In this document: positions 1 through 9,534 of the stretch, piece after piece
Numbering within the stretch: position 1 is the first letter of the stretch
Layout of the letters: every line of letters begins with the position of its first letter
Assembly: GCA_019058365.1 (NCBI GenBank)
Contig: JAHPZE010000040.1
Location: forward strand, 1 to 30,071
Reading direction: 5' to 3'
From: Promethearchaeota archaeon
Lineage (GTDB): Archaea > Asgardarchaeota > Lokiarchaeia > Sigyniarchaeales > SOKP01
Length of the DNA: 30,071 bases
The notes under the pieces: model-generated
Told to the model about the DNA's origin: nothing
The model's database searches: none
The model's input: only the letters and a program-made list of their open reading frames with translations
Position numbers and translations under genes: made by a program

Positions 1-25
1 ATAAAAAGTCAATGTTCAATAGGAT

Positions 26-856
26 TTAGAGATCTACTTCCTTTGGTACTGTTATATTAGGAATTGATTTGTCTATCTTCCTCAAATATTTAATAGCTTT
101 ATTAGCATTCCTTTTCACTGCTGATGGATTCGAGGTTAAACTTGAAGAAACCATTACAACATGTACTTTTGATTTTAAGTTTAATAACTTACAACCTGCT
201 ACAAGTCCAGCTGCGGTTCCTACCGTTCCTCCCGCTACAAAAATTGCGTCAGGTTCACGAAAAATATTTTGATTAATTTGGTTTTTTAACTCAAATGCCG
301 CATTTACAAACCCAACTGTCCCAAGAGAAGTTCCTATTCCAAATAAGGGAGAACCTCCTGGAAACATCAAAAAATATCTTGGATGTATTAGTTTGAAGAA
401 TAAAAATTTGATGAACGTACCAATCATTCCCTTGCCTAGATGAAGTTTCGCACCAAAATAATCAAATAATAATAACAAACGTTGAACATGCCAAGTTAAT
501 GGTTGATGAAAAAGATAAAGATGGCATTTCAAGGGTGGATTTAATTCATGACAAGCGATTGCACACGCTAATCCGTGATTTGTTCCAATCCCTCCAATTG
601 TAACTACACCTCTTTTTTTCTTTTTTAACACTTTTCCAAATATAAACTCAAATTTTCTGAATTTATTTCCACCATAAATAGGATGAATTTTATCATCTCT
701 TTTAATATAGATTTCTCCACCGTCTAATTCAAACCCTTTTTCCAATTCTGTAAGTCTTTCAATAGGTGTTGGCAAATTTGTAAGTAAAGGTATCCAAGGA
801 ACCTTGTTCTTTAACATAGGATATTTTTGAAAGAGGATAGGCTCTTCTTTTACCAT
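26..856 (-). CDS. PLP-dependent D-cysteine desulfhydrase / ACC deaminase family enzyme, apparently C-terminally truncated
   Basis: Motifs PTPI..L, IYIKRDD, GGNKFRK (PLP lysine), GGIGTNHG and AGGTVGTAAGL. The expected C-terminal LDPxYTGK segment is absent at 276 aa. Confidence 0.8.
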   Translation of the reverse strand: MVKEEPILFQKYPMLKNKVPWIPLLTNLPTPIERLTELEKGFELDGGEIYIKRDDKIHPIYGGNKFRKFEFIFGKVLKKKKRGVVTIGGIGTNHGLACAIACHELNPPLKCHLYLFHQPLTWHVQRLLLLFDYFGAKLHLGKGMIGTFIKFLFFKLIHPRYFLMFPGGSPLFGIGTSLGTVGFVNAAFELKNQINQNIFREPDAIFVAGGTVGTAAGLVAGCKLLNLKSKVHVVMVSSSLTSNPSAVKRNANKAIKYLRKIDKSIPNITVPKEVDL

Positions 857-962
857 ACAATTTAAAATACAGAATGTCTAAAAAGATTTTATAAAATTCT
901 ATTTTGAATAAATTTCTATTTAGGCTATTAGTATAAAATTTTGTAGATTTGATTATTTTTCA

Positions 963-1865
963 TTATTTCAATGTATAGCCATCATTATTCAACATAATTA
1001 ATTCATTTTCAAGAAATTTATCAAAATGCTTTTGGATCATTATCATTTCAGCAATAATTTCATATTCCTTGAATTGGCTATAATATTTATAAATAATATT
1101 TTGATTTTTAAAATCCACTAAAGTTTTCGGATTGGTTTCAGAAAAATAGGATAAAATTCGCTCATCGCGTTTATGAATAATAGATAAATATTTCTTTAAT
1201 TCTTCTCTAATTGATTTTTTACCATCAATTATTCCTCTATGACCCGTTACTGCTGTTTTAACGTCAAATTGACTTAATTTGTTAATTGAATTTTCAAAAT
1301 CCATTAAATTTGAGTCAATGCCAGCATAAAATACAAAATTAGTTAAATCAATATCTGCTAAAAACGCGATTTTAGAGTTTAATTCTAAAAATGCACAATG
1401 ACCTGCTGTATGACCAGGAGTATGAATTATCCTTATATTATAACCGTTTCTAACTTTAATAATTTGATTATCCTCTATTAAATCATCGATCTTAGTATTT
1501 TTTAGTCTTAAACCTTCCATGAGCCATTCAAATTCTTCTTCTGCTGGAGAATTAGAGATCCCATAAAATTCATTAAATTTATTTACGTTTTCAATCAAAA
1601 ATCTATCTTTTGAATGAGTAAAAAATTTAACTTCGGATAATAATCTGTTTCCTGAAGTATGATCTTCATGCCAGTGGGAAAGTAATACAGTATTTATAGG
1701 ATAAAGTCTTTTAAGTTTTCTTAAGAGTCTGCTAGATATTCCTGTATCAATTAATACATCACCTATAAGTAAAGAATGTGAATAAGGATATTTACCCTCT
1801 CTAGCTCCTTTTATAAAAAAAATTTCTTTAAACTCATCCGAAATAGGGTGAACAAAATCATTCAT
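963..1865 (-). CDS. Metallo-beta-lactamase-fold hydrolase
   Basis: LIDTG, SHWHEDH (HxHxDH), HTPGHTAGH, AD and TGH metal-binding motifs. Confidence 0.9.
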   Translation of the reverse strand: MNDFVHPISDEFKEIFFIKGAREGKYPYSHSLLIGDVLIDTGISSRLLRKLKRLYPINTVLLSHWHEDHTSGNRLLSEVKFFTHSKDRFLIENVNKFNEFYGISNSPAEEEFEWLMEGLRLKNTKIDDLIEDNQIIKVRNGYNIRIIHTPGHTAGHCAFLELNSKIAFLADIDLTNFVFYAGIDSNLMDFENSINKLSQFDVKTAVTGHRGIIDGKKSIREELKKYLSIIHKRDERILSYFSETNPKTLVDFKNQNIIYKYYSQFKEYEIIAEMIMIQKHFDKFLENELIMLNNDGYTLK

Positions 1866-1955
1866 TACAATCTAAATTAAATTATAGTACTTTTTAATGA
1901 TTTTTAAAAACTTAAAGTTAAGATAATAATAAACCACATCAAAGTGTTAAAAAAA

Positions 1956-2120
1956 ATGCATTATTATTGTCCTAATTGTACTTCAATGAAAATGCCTAAA
2001 GTTATGAGCTATTTCCCACCAAAGACAGTAAAATGTTTAAATTGTGGATATATGAATTTCGAGACTAAGTTTATAAAAGATAGTCAAGAAAGAGCCACAA
2101 CACTTCATCATTCTCATTGA
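1956..2120 (+). CDS. Small Zn-ribbon (CPxC...CxxCG) protein, 54 aa, not in the ORF track
   Basis: Hand translation: MHYYCPNCTSMKMPKVMSYFPPKTVKCLNCGYMNFETKFIKDSQERATTLHHSH*. Two CxxC knuckles; a T-tract follows at about 2132-2141. Confidence 0.75.
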   Translation: MHYYCPNCTSMKMPKVMSYFPPKTVKCLNCGYMNFETKFIKDSQERATTLHHSH

Positions 2121-2232
2121 AGTTTTATCTATTTTTTTTTTAAATTTAAAGAATTTTCAAAATTTATAATCTGATTAATCAGTTTTTCAAAATAGTAATA
2201 GGAATAAAATTTAACATACTTAATTTCTAGTC

Positions 2233-2409
2233 TTATTTAAAAGCATAATAGCAACGCTTTGGAGAATAAATTTTTCCTTCTTCTCGTAATTCTTTTATAA
2301 TTTTAGAAACTTCTTTAGATTCAATACCTATTTGGTCTGCAATTTCACCAGGTCGTAGAGGTTTAACGCTACTTTTAAGTACATTCAATACTTTTTCTTT
2401 AGTTACCAT
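2233..2409 (-). CDS. Small winged-helix (MarR/HTH-like) protein, 58 aa, not in the ORF track
   Basis: Hand translation: MVTKEKVLNVLKSSVKPLRPGEIADQIGIESKEVSKIIKELREEGKIYSPKRCYYAFK*. wHTH pattern P.EIA..G....VSK....L..EGKI with an SPKRCYY wing. Confidence 0.8.
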   Translation of the reverse strand: MVTKEKVLNVLKSSVKPLRPGEIADQIGIESKEVSKIIKELREEGKIYSPKRCYYAFK

Positions 2410-2509
2410 AATTTATCAAATATTATACTTCAATTGAGTAGAATAATATTTCTTCCTATTTATAACAATATTTTATATTTAAAAATTAAAAATCAAATTG
2501 AATACTAAA

Positions 2510-3985
2510 TTAATAACTTTTAGCAATATAGACAGTACATCCAGCAGGTTTTCCACATATTAAACAAGAAGCAAACTCATGTTTCTCCTCATCAACCCTT
2601 TTACCCCGAACTTCTCCACCAATTTCTTTTTCTACCACTTCAGCACAATGATACCCATCCATATCAATTGAGCAGAAACCACAGCCAATAATTTTTCCAT
2701 TATTAATAGCTTCAATTGCTGCGTCTTTTTCATAAACACACTCAACTTGAGACTCAAAATCTATTAATGATTTTTCTTTTATTTCTTTAGTGTAATTTTG
2801 GGCAATTTCATCAATTTTATCCCCCAATAATCTCTCTTTTATCTCGAACTTCTTACCATCATGTCTTTTTACAACTACTACTTGGTGTTTTTCTATGTCT
2901 TTTGGTCCAATTTCGATTCTAATAGGTACGCCTTTCAGTTCCCAATAATAATATTTATTTCCCACTGACTCGTCTGAATCATCAATTTTAACAACATATT
3001 TATCTTTGAAGAGGTTATATATATCATTTGCTTTGTCCAGCACGATTTTTTCCTTTTCTTTATAAATTATGGGTATAATTATAATTTGAATTGGCGCCAA
3101 ATCGAAAGGTAAAATTAAGCCTTTATCATCACCCAAATACGCAATCATGGCTCCATAGTTTCTACTCTGAGCAGGCCCATAACATGTCTGATAACCAAAT
3201 TTCTCTTCTCCATCCTTGTCAATAAATTTTACCTCAAACGGCTTTGAAAAAATTTGTCCTAACAAATGTGTTGATGGCAGTTGTAGAACCTTTCCAGAAC
3301 CCATTAAAGCATCAGCAGCATAAGTGTGAACTGCTCCTGCAAACTTATCCCATTCTGGTCTCTGAAAAAAGATTATAGGAATACAGCATTCATCTTGAAG
3401 AATTTGATAGGTTGTTTCCATATCCTCTTTAACTTGTTCCATTGCCCCTTCCATTGTAGCAAATACATTATGTGATTCAATCCAATGAAATTCTCTTCCT
3501 CTAAAGAACGGTCTTGTCATTTTTCCCTCATATCTCCAAACTTGACAGGATAAGTATCTTTTAAATGGTAGATCCTTATAACTTCTTATCCATAATGCAT
3601 ACATCTTATATAAAGCGGTCTCACTTGTAGGACGTAATGCTAAACGTTCTGGTAATTTACCAGAACTCCCCGCTTCAGTAACCCAAAATACTTCGGGAGC
3701 AAATCCCTTAACATGTTGAGCTTCTAATAAAAAATTTGATTCAGGAATAAGAGAAGGCATTGTCAGTGGAAAATGACCTTTTTTATCTAGCAAATCTTCT
3801 GTTTTTTTATACATTTTTCTAATCGTGAGTGTCGCCCATTCTCTATATACAACAAAACCTTTTATATTATACCTTATATCTGCTAATTCTGCTTTATTAA
3901 TCAATTCGGTATACCAACCAGAAAAATCTTCTTCTTTTGAAACTGTTATTCCTGTTATAGGAGCTTCTCTTTTCTTTTTTACCAT
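2510..3985 (-). CDS. proS: Prolyl-tRNA synthetase (archaeal/eukaryotic type)
   Basis: FSGWY, LALRPTSET, WIRSYKDLP, RYE...RPFFRGREFHW, HLLGQ, GDDKGLILP; anticodon-binding domain WELKGVPIRIEIGPKD; C-terminal Zn domain ending AKSY. Confidence 0.97.
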   Translation of the reverse strand: MVKKKREAPITGITVSKEEDFSGWYTELINKAELADIRYNIKGFVVYREWATLTIRKMYKKTEDLLDKKGHFPLTMPSLIPESNFLLEAQHVKGFAPEVFWVTEAGSSGKLPERLALRPTSETALYKMYALWIRSYKDLPFKRYLSCQVWRYEGKMTRPFFRGREFHWIESHNVFATMEGAMEQVKEDMETTYQILQDECCIPIIFFQRPEWDKFAGAVHTYAADALMGSGKVLQLPSTHLLGQIFSKPFEVKFIDKDGEEKFGYQTCYGPAQSRNYGAMIAYLGDDKGLILPFDLAPIQIIIIPIIYKEKEKIVLDKANDIYNLFKDKYVVKIDDSDESVGNKYYYWELKGVPIRIEIGPKDIEKHQVVVVKRHDGKKFEIKERLLGDKIDEIAQNYTKEIKEKSLIDFESQVECVYEKDAAIEAINNGKIIGCGFCSIDMDGYHCAEVVEKEIGGEVRGKRVDEEKHEFASCLICGKPAGCTVYIAKSY

Positions 3986-4161
3986 CGAAAGTCATCAATT
4001 ATAATAATTCAAGAGTTATATATTTTTTGAGATGAATAGAGTCTCAATAACAGAAAGGTTAGACTAAATACATGGTTACTAAATATGAAAACTTTAAAAA
4101 AAGAGATGTTATTTCTTTCATACAAAAAAAATTAATTTAATGACAATCCAAGTTGATAAAA

Positions 4162-4681
4162 ATGGGAAAAGGTAGTGGAAAAGCTTTAGGTATTATAGCT
4201 TTAATTACTAACCTCGGTTTTGGAGGATATTTTATATTAGACAAATTTTTCTTGACACCTGCAACGGCAACTCCAAGTATTCCTAGTACTAACTAATATT
4301 TATATGCAAGGTCCATGAATTTATATTCCCGCCGGTGTAGCTTGGCTCTCGGATTCTTTTTTAAAAATTGAATTTAATTTAACTGAGGGAGAGACGGTTT
4401 AATTCTCTTTTATGGGAGAAGTTAATTTTGATGATAGCTCAATCCCAAATACATTTATTGAGTTTCGGTTTAAAGTGGATGGTATAATTTGGCATAATCC
4501 TCGATGTTATGTTGAGAGATACAACGCTGCGAGTACTTTTGGAATACGGTTTTCTGTGGCAATGCAAAATTATAATTCAACTATGCCTGCTGGTACACAT
4601 ACGGTATCAGTAGTCGGTAGAGGTGCCGATAATTTAGATATTATTTATGCTTGGTCTTTATTTGTTCTAACTTTCAAATAA
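4162..4681 (+). pseudogene. Degraded membrane-anchored/secreted protein gene; the 4412..4681 ORF is its 3' part
   Basis: ATG 4162 gives MGKGSGKALGIIALITNLGFGGYFILDKFFLTPATATPSIPSTN* (hydrophobic anchor, TAA 4294-4296). A different frame reads IYIPAGVAWLSDSFLKIEFNLTEGETV*FSFMGEV..., running into the 4412 ORF across TAA 4400-4402; that frame also has TGA at 4316-4318. Confidence 0.6.
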
Positions 4682-4699
4682 ATTTCCTAACTTTTTTTT

Positions 4700-5446
4700 T
4701 TAAATTTCATCTGAAAGCAATTGTGCGTCTGTAATAATCATCCCTAATTTTATTATTACATCATAGTTTTTGGATTCTAAAAACCGTCGTAGTTCTGTTC
4801 CTATATTCTCCAGTGTCTTAAGATCACTTTCATTAGATACGGAATACTTTATTATGGATCTGGCAGACCTTAATTCCAATTTAATTGAATCATCAGCAGG
4901 ATTTATTGAAACTTGAAATGCGCCTGCAATTTTTGCAATTTTCTTAATTTCTTCCTCTAAAGAACCAAATGTAAAATACTCCTTACTTCTTGATAAGAAT
5001 TTTTCTGATATAATCTTCTCTAAATTTGCTCGTGAAGTTGGATCATAAAAAGCTGTTAATTCTTGAGAACAGATTGTCCTATATTTTCCATTTATTAAAT
5101 TTTCTTTATCATTTATGAACTCAATTAATTTATCATAATATTCTGGGTCGATTTTCTGAAAGTTTTCAATATTTCGAACTAAATCTGTCAATTTATCGAT
5201 TAAATCATAATAAAATTTTAATATAGATTTAATTTCGAGTTTATCCTTCATTTCTTTCATTTCAGGATAATACTTCCTCAGAATGAGATTAATATTTTTA
5301 TTAAATTGAGCACAAACTTGAGCTACTTCGTCAACAACTTTAACCGAATTTTTTTCCAACAGCTCAATTAGATGGTTTTCTAAACTTGGTAATTCTTCGA
5401 AAATTTCGTTGATCTTTTGTTTATATTTCTTTTCTATGTAGCTCAT
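4700..5446 (-). CDS. Hypothetical, largely alpha-helical protein
   Basis: 248-aa ORF with host-like codon use; no motif recognised. Confidence 0.75.
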   Translation of the reverse strand: MSYIEKKYKQKINEIFEELPSLENHLIELLEKNSVKVVDEVAQVCAQFNKNINLILRKYYPEMKEMKDKLEIKSILKFYYDLIDKLTDLVRNIENFQKIDPEYYDKLIEFINDKENLINGKYRTICSQELTAFYDPTSRANLEKIISEKFLSRSKEYFTFGSLEEEIKKIAKIAGAFQVSINPADDSIKLELRSARSIIKYSVSNESDLKTLENIGTELRRFLESKNYDVIIKLGMIITDAQLLSDEI

Positions 5447-5537
5447 TGGTATATAGAAAAGATAAAAATATTCCTATATAATGTTATTTTTCTCCAAAGA
5501 AAAAGAAAATATTAAGATTAGTTAATTGAACATTTAT

Positions 5538-6746
5538 TTATATTCCAAGGAACAATTTCACAACAGTCATTACTGCTCCAGTTACTATGGGAACAGAGAA
5601 ATTATCATCTATTCCAAATGAAAACAGCTCAGTAATAGGTGCCATAATCCCTCCACATAATAATACTACCAATGGTATATCAAAAAGATTAAATATAAAA
5701 TATCCACATATGAGTATACCACCAGCATATGCGAGTGAACCTTCAAGGGTTTTATCAAATATCTTATGTTTCCCAAACGCTAATCCAAATATCTTCCCAA
5801 AAATATCTCCGAATATAAGGAAAATCAACACTGATATTGCTATTACTTTCTCAAATAAAAGTACACTAAAAAAACCAGCAATTAGAAATAAAGTCATAGA
5901 GGAAAATTTACTGATTTCACTTTTTTTAAAAATAGATCTGATTTTTTCAGTTAAGAATATATTCGTCTGTTTATGAAAAAATCGAACTAAATCAAGAATT
6001 ATAAAAACCAAAGCCACCAAACCAATTAGCGTAAGTGCTGCTATTTTTGAGTTAATAACATAATAGATGACAAATAAAATTGCCATTGGTCTAATAGCAA
6101 CACGCCACCATGAAGCTTTAAATGTCTTATCTTCAATTACAATTTTCTTTTCACTTATTATTTTATAGAGCCCAATTGAAGCAATATGAATAAGAACTAA
6201 AACAAAAAAGAGATTGTACGGGCTATTCGGATATATTTGAAAAACAGCAAACCCCAATATAGGAAATGTAATAAGTGATAACAGAGTTCCAATATTACAC
6301 ACATATGTGAAAATTACAACAAGCAATATTAAATAAAGCATAACGAAAAAAATTTCTACGCTAGCGAAAATATAATTTAGTAAATAGAATAGTAACAAAC
6401 CTGTGGCAGTTGCGACACCTTGACCACCCCGAAACTTAATGTAAAATGGAAATATATGCCCGATTATAGCGACAATGCCACTTAATTGCCAAAAAATAAA
6501 ATTTACTCCTAAACTATATGCTATTAACATAGCTAAAAGCCCTTTTAATGTATCATATAACGCAGTCGGTATAGCATAGGATAACCCTAAAACTCGGAAT
6601 ACGTTAGCTGTTCCAGCATTCTTTGTACCTTCCTCTCGTATGTCAATCCCTTTTAATTTACCAAAAAGAAAAGCGGGTAAAATTGATCCTAAAAGATAAC
6701 CAATAACAACACTTAAAATACTTAAAATGAGTTCAATACTATCCAA
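5538..6746 (-). CDS. plsY: PlsY-like glycerol-3-phosphate acyltransferase fused to a CTP-dependent lipid kinase domain (dolichol/phytol kinase, Dgk1-like)
   Basis: N-half: GYLLGS, DIREEGTKNAGTANVFR, DTLKG, GHIFP...FRGGQGVAT. C-half: GDIFGKIFG..FGKHK....KTLEGS and E.....DDNFSVPI. TTG start. Confidence 0.85.
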   Translation of the reverse strand: MDSIELILSILSVVIGYLLGSILPAFLFGKLKGIDIREEGTKNAGTANVFRVLGLSYAIPTALYDTLKGLLAMLIAYSLGVNFIFWQLSGIVAIIGHIFPFYIKFRGGQGVATATGLLLFYLLNYIFASVEIFFVMLYLILLVVIFTYVCNIGTLLSLITFPILGFAVFQIYPNSPYNLFFVLVLIHIASIGLYKIISEKKIVIEDKTFKASWWRVAIRPMAILFVIYYVINSKIAALTLIGLVALVFIILDLVRFFHKQTNIFLTEKIRSIFKKSEISKFSSMTLFLIAGFFSVLLFEKVIAISVLIFLIFGDIFGKIFGLAFGKHKIFDKTLEGSLAYAGGILICGYFIFNLFDIPLVVLLCGGIMAPITELFSFGIDDNFSVPIVTGAVMTVVKLFLGI

Positions 6747-6951
6747 AAATTATCACAATTTTATTGGAGTAATAATATTATATATATACTTTATATTGAG
6801 TTATTTTAATAATTTCTTATAACTTAGAATAAATAAGTAAGAAAGCCTGAATAATTACGTTAATTTAGCTAATAATATTTACTACAAATATATATAAAAA
6901 AAGAAAAAATAAAAAAAAGTTAATTTCTTCGTTCAGAATTATGGAATCTCT

Positions 6952-7881
6952 TTAATGCAGCTTGCTTTTTATTTGTTTGGAGCGGCTACGAAGAGTTACC
7001 TCTGTTACTTTGGCTACTTCAGATACTTCCGCCTGTGTTTTTCGACAATTTCCAGCTTTTGCAGCCATGTAGATAACACTTGCGGCTAATCCTTTTGGGT
7101 CTTTACCTGTTCGTAATAATCCATTTTTTGAAGCTTCTACAAGCATATTAATGGCTTTTTTCTGTGTTTCCATCGGTAAACCCAGGTCATTGCCAAATCT
7201 AAAGACCAATTGTTCTGCAGTTATAGGTTTATACTTCAGATTTAACTCAGGAAGTACTTCCTTAACGATCATGCCTAATGAACGGTGTACAGTTCTTCTT
7301 GGAGTCATTGATGCTTCACAAACTTCTTCAAGTAATCTAGGGAATTCGTGTACTCTAATTGCCGCATATAAAGCAGCAGCAATAAAGCCATCAATTGATC
7401 GCCCCATTGTTAATTTCTTTTTAGCTACAACACTATAAATTTTCCAAGCTGTTTCCTTGATATATTCAGGGATATTCATCTTGGAAGTAAGCATCTTCAA
7501 TTTTGGTTTAGCTTCCCAGAAATTTCGTTCTATACTTGAAATTAATGAATTTTGAATTTTGGATAATCTTGAGAACAGAGTTTTACCTTTAGCTCCAATA
7601 AGTCTTCCCTTAGAGTCAATTTTAGTGTTCGGGAGCATTGTTCTTGGCCCAAATTCTCGCCACCTTGGCTCAGTACGTCTCCTTTTATTTACTTCTTCTA
7701 CCGTATACGCACGTCGTTCATTTCCTACTAAATTCCTACTAACGATCATTCCGCAATTCAAACACACATTATCTCCGTCTCTTGATTCAATACAAGGACT
7801 ATTACAACAATTAGCATCTGAACTACAACTTAATTCCTCAGAATCTGTTTTAGTTGAACGTAGTCTATCTTTATAGCTCAT
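6952..7881 (-). CDS. tfb: Transcription initiation factor IIB (TFB)
   Basis: N-terminal Zn ribbon (CC...CLNCG), B-reader ERRAY...RRRTEP, two cyclin repeats (GRSIDG.IAA.LY, GKDPKGLAA), and the TQAEVSEVAKVTEVTLRSR HTH. Confidence 0.95.
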   Translation of the reverse strand: MSYKDRLRSTKTDSEELSCSSDANCCNSPCIESRDGDNVCLNCGMIVSRNLVGNERRAYTVEEVNKRRRTEPRWREFGPRTMLPNTKIDSKGRLIGAKGKTLFSRLSKIQNSLISSIERNFWEAKPKLKMLTSKMNIPEYIKETAWKIYSVVAKKKLTMGRSIDGFIAAALYAAIRVHEFPRLLEEVCEASMTPRRTVHRSLGMIVKEVLPELNLKYKPITAEQLVFRFGNDLGLPMETQKKAINMLVEASKNGLLRTGKDPKGLAASVIYMAAKAGNCRKTQAEVSEVAKVTEVTLRSRSKQIKSKLH

Positions 7882-8253
7882 ATTTGTTCACTTTTTATTG
7901 CTTTAATTTTTTGCGTCTGTATGAGTATTAATCAATATTAATACTGATCAATCAGCGTGTTATTCTGTGATTATAGTGATCAGTTTGGTATAAATTAATA
8001 TCTATTTTAAATTATAATTTTAATATTTTTGTAAAAATATTTTGTTATTGACTATGTCTATTTAAGTCACTTCATTATATAAATATTTAACTATACAAAA
8101 TTGTGATATGTCCACGTACGTACGAAATACGGGGATTTTAGTGGGATTTATAGAATATAAGTGCAGTTAAAATAGTGCTATTTTGGTCTAAAAGCAACAT
8201 ATTAAATGATGGCGAAAGTATAATTTTCTATTGAGATTTAGACTATTACTACT

Positions 8254-9534
8254 TTATTCTTTCAGTAATGGGAGTACTTGAGGTCCATTGGGTAAAATAA
8301 GAATTGAAGCATTTTTTCCATACCTTTTTAAACAAACATTCACGGCATCCTCAACAGTCTCAGCATATTTCAAGCCGATATTCCCTATCTCATTTTCCTT
8401 TAATTTTGAAATAACGAAAATATCAGCCTTCATAAGAACACGGGCGAGGATTTGGATTTCCCATTGATCCGGAACGATAATATCTTTATTAAGAATTTTT
8501 TCATAGATTTTTTTGGGAGAATTTCCTGAAAATATCAGTTCCTTAAATTTATCTTGTCCAACTCCAATACCATCAGCACATTCATTCACCGATATAATTG
8601 TTCCTCCTTTTTTAACTGCCATTTCTCCTATTGCCATACTTTTTACAGCTTGATATAGATTAAGGTCTAGGGGATATCCTCCGTTTCCACATATTACTAT
8701 ATCGTATGGCGCTTTTATTTCTCTGAAGATGTGTTTTAACTGATAAGTTACTAGTTTTTCGTGAGCTTTTTCGAAATTTCCAGCAGCTACTTGAACTATT
8801 TCATGCTGTGTGTTAATGCACACATTTACAATAAAATCTACTCCTATTTTTCTTGAAATTTCAATAGAATTTTTGTGTAGTGGATTTTCTTTAAAAATCC
8901 CAAATCTAGCATAGGGAGATGCAATATTTTCAGCAGAATGATTATTTTGGAGAGTTTTGGTTCCCGCAATTCCAGGAATTAATGACTTCCGCCCGCCCGA
9001 GAATCCAAAAAAAAAATGAGGTTCTACATATCCAGTTAAAATCTTCAAATCTGCTTTGTAATAAAGTTTATTTATTAAAATTGGATGATTATCAGTTGTT
9101 TTTCCTAAATTGATCAATGAATTTTCATCGGTTGCGATATGATCAACCACTCTTATCCTGTTTAAAAGATTACTTCCCAAAATTCGTTCTAATTCTTCTT
9201 TACGGGAAATACGATGCAATCCTGTGGCAATTAGGATTATTATTTGATTGTCAACAATTCCACAATCGTTTAATTCTGCGATTAATGCTTCAAGAATTAA
9301 ATGTGAAGGAACTGGTCTGGTGGCATCGCTTGCAACAATACATACTTTTTCTATATTTTTTTTATTTTTGATTATTTCTTTAAGTGTCCAACCATCAATT
9401 AGGTTATTAATTGATTCCCTAATTTTTTCAATAGGATTTTGAATTGGTTTTTGTTCTGAAGGATGGAATATGGTTACATTCCAATCGGGATTAAGGGTTA
9501 TTTCAACACCTACTTTACCATAATCTAATTTCAT
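8254..9534 (-). CDS. larA: Nickel-pincer-nucleotide-dependent lactate racemase (LarA family)
   Basis: DATRP, ATGLHR, EPHFFFGFSGGRKS, NNHS and DLNLYQAVKS motifs. ATGA-type overlap with the upstream gene. Confidence 0.9.
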   Translation of the reverse strand: MKLDYGKVGVEITLNPDWNVTIFHPSEQKPIQNPIEKIRESINNLIDGWTLKEIIKNKKNIEKVCIVASDATRPVPSHLILEALIAELNDCGIVDNQIIILIATGLHRISRKEELERILGSNLLNRIRVVDHIATDENSLINLGKTTDNHPILINKLYYKADLKILTGYVEPHFFFGFSGGRKSLIPGIAGTKTLQNNHSAENIASPYARFGIFKENPLHKNSIEISRKIGVDFIVNVCINTQHEIVQVAAGNFEKAHEKLVTYQLKHIFREIKAPYDIVICGNGGYPLDLNLYQAVKSMAIGEMAVKKGGTIISVNECADGIGVGQDKFKELIFSGNSPKKIYEKILNKDIIVPDQWEIQILARVLMKADIFVISKLKENEIGNIGLKYAETVEDAVNVCLKRYGKNASILILPNGPQVLPLLKE

